Source: Chrysomallon squamiferum (Eukaryota; Animalia; Mollusca). Taken from it: a DNA stretch of 64,000 nucleotides. A model generated the notes under the pieces. That model was not told where the DNA came from. It saw only the letters and a list, made by a program, of their open reading frames with translations, and did no database searches. The DNA lies in the NCBI GenBank assembly GCA_012295275.1, contig CM022677.1, positions 25,730,001 to 25,794,000 of the forward strand, read 5' to 3'. Shown here piece by piece: positions 1 to 64,000 of this stretch (position 1 is its first letter; each line of letters starts with the position of its first letter). The translations under genes were made by a program, and so were the position numbers.

Positions 1-61755
<61,755 letters not shown>

Positions 61756-61893
61756 GTCGAATGTCGCAAATCCAAAAATGTTATCTGGAATTATATATTA
61801 TATCATATTATATATCTCTGTGTGTGTGGGTGTGGGTGTTTGTGTGTGTGTGTGTGTGTGTGTATAAAAAACACTTATAGTCTGCATACTTTT

Positions 61894-61895
<2 letters not shown>

Positions 61896-61959
<64 letters not shown>
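61896..61959. repeat. (AG)n microsatellite
   Basis: Direct reading. Confidence 0.92.
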
Positions 61960-61960
<1 letters not shown>

Positions 61961-61975
61961 ATTTCAACGACTTAC

Positions 61976-62040
61976 CAACAGTAACAATTCGTATTTCAGT
62001 GACGAAATGACGTCACGAATACAGAGGAAGTCTTCACGAC
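61976..62040 (-). other. Probable 5' UTR exon (5' limit uncertain)
   Basis: Strong G|GTAAGT donor at 61974-61975; no usable in-frame ATG; a second GTAAG donor near 62044. Confidence 0.35.
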
Positions 62041-62661
62041 CTTACCAAACCTTTTGAATATAAATAATTGGTTACTTTGACATGGCACATAATTTTAGAA
62101 CAAACATTTTTTTTTTTTTTAAATGAAAAAATAAAAAACAAAAATATTTAAATCAGATAAATCAGACGAATTGAAATTTGAAAGTTTGTTTACAAGATGG
62201 ACTTATATTGGATGGACGTTTAATTTCTTACATCAGGTGATTCGAGCTGACTTCTTTTAAAAAATTAAAAAACGACATTAGAATATTCGGAAAATGTTAT
62301 ATAATAATAAATTGTAATAATAAAATGAGCATCAAAAAATCTCAGTACCTCAATTTTATAGTACAAACTCTTTTCAAATCTTAATTTTCTTGACAAAAAA
62401 AAACAAAAAAAAACGATTTACTGCCTTTTATGAAAATTTGACTTTTCGCTTTGGCTATTACGTCATTAGATACCGTAATCAATACTTTCAGTACTGGAAA
62501 GTAACCTCCGGAAAGGACATCTGACCCCACACACACATACTTTTTAAAAACAGAGCATGTGACCCTCATATTGAAAGAATTGTCATCTGACTACATGTAC
62601 TCCTGAACAAAAATACAGCGTCTGCAAGTGGCGTATCTCAAAAATTACAACAACAACAACA

Positions 62662-62719
<58 letters not shown>

Positions 62720-63216
62720 TTAAACAATTATTTTAAGCAAAAGCATAGTTGAAATAAATATCAGTTTCCAAGACAAACGCAGGATTAAACTTTTATAATA
62801 AATTAAGGAACGAGACATTTTTACCTCTTTTTTATAGGATTAACAGTTCTTGATTTTTTTTTTTTTTTTTTTTGTTAACATCGAAAACAAAACAAAAACG
62901 GTTTATTATTGGTTTTGAACTGTTACGTCATTAGATAACGTCATCACTTGAAGCACATGACGCACTATTTATTACCATTCGACCGTTATCAATTAAACTT
63001 GATCTCATTAGCATCAGCGAGTCAGTGTCAGTATTAGTGAGCTTTGTCTAAACACAGGTACAACTTTGTTTACATTTTTCTCTCACAATGTCTTCGTGTT
63101 TTTTGTGAGGGAGGTTATTATTGTTTTTTTTTATATGTTTTTTTGTTTGTTTGTTTATTTTTGTTGTTTTTTTAATCACTTCATTTAAGGTTTTATTATC
63201 ACGACGACCATTTATT

Positions 63217-63280
63217 TATTTATTATTATTACTATTACTATTATTATTATTACTATTATTATTATTATTATTATTATTAC

Positions 63281-63355
<75 letters not shown>

Positions 63356-63526
63356 TACTATTATTATTATTACTATTATTATTATTATTATTATTATTAC
63401 TATTATTATTATTATTATTATTACTATTACTATTATTATTATTATTATTATTATTACTATTATTATTATTATTACTATTACTATTATTATTATTACTATT
63501 ATTACTATTATTATTATTACTATTAC

Positions 63527-63608
<82 letters not shown>

Positions 63609-63612
63609 TATT
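63217..63612. repeat. (ATT/ACT)n trinucleotide microsatellite
   Basis: Direct reading; produces spurious poly-L/poly-N ORFs. Confidence 0.95.
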
Positions 63613-63920
63613 GTTTGTTTCTTTGTTTGTATTTTTGTTTGCTTATTTTTTCGCGATTCATTAAAATTATTTATAGCCGCATTAATAAAAGGACACACAC
63701 ACACACACACATAGATTAGATATATAGATATATATATATACACACAATTTTAAAGCTTTAAACAAATTTCTTTTACAGAGAAAAGCATGTGTAATCGATT
63801 GCAAATAATTTAAAATTAAATATTTTATTTTATAAAAAAATGATTTAAATTCGAAGGTTACTGTGCACATGGCGTTCCGCGTTACGTATTTAAAACTTTA
63901 TTATTTTAAAAAGGCGCGAG

Positions 63921-63958
<38 letters not shown>

Positions 63959-64000
63959 ACAATTTAAAACCCTGACTAGTACTCTTTACTGATTGGCTGA

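Overview
This is AT-rich, microsatellite-laden animal genomic DNA; the composition and repeat spectrum suggest a mollusc or cephalopod-like invertebrate, which is inference only. Almost the whole window is one large intron-containing gene on the minus strand, read by hand from GT-AG boundaries. In transcription order it has a probable 5'UTR exon (~62.0 kb), a signal-peptide exon (ATG at 61755), two thrombospondin type-1 (TSP1) exons and a 36-nt linker exon. Next is a 21-nt micro-exon encoding a furin-type site (RKRR/SA), followed by at least 45 symmetric phase-1 exons of 327 or 336 nt, each encoding one Cys-rich Ig-like domain. The Ig exons form a three-domain super-repeat (classes here called C-B-A) amplified in several tandem arrays with periods of ~4.6-4.9 kb, ~2.5-2.9 kb and ~2.9 kb. 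A ~5.8-5.9 kb cassette present three times (micro-exon linkers, 3 Ig exons, a two-exon Cys-rich helical domain and a TSP1 exon) sits inside one B-to-A intron. Joining all exons gives roughly 5,700 aa, and the gene continues past the left edge, so no C-terminus or anchor is seen. Five exon copies carry 1-2 nt homopolymer indels (probably assembly errors), and there is a 200-N gap. No RNA genes, CRISPR arrays or intact transposons are recognisable.
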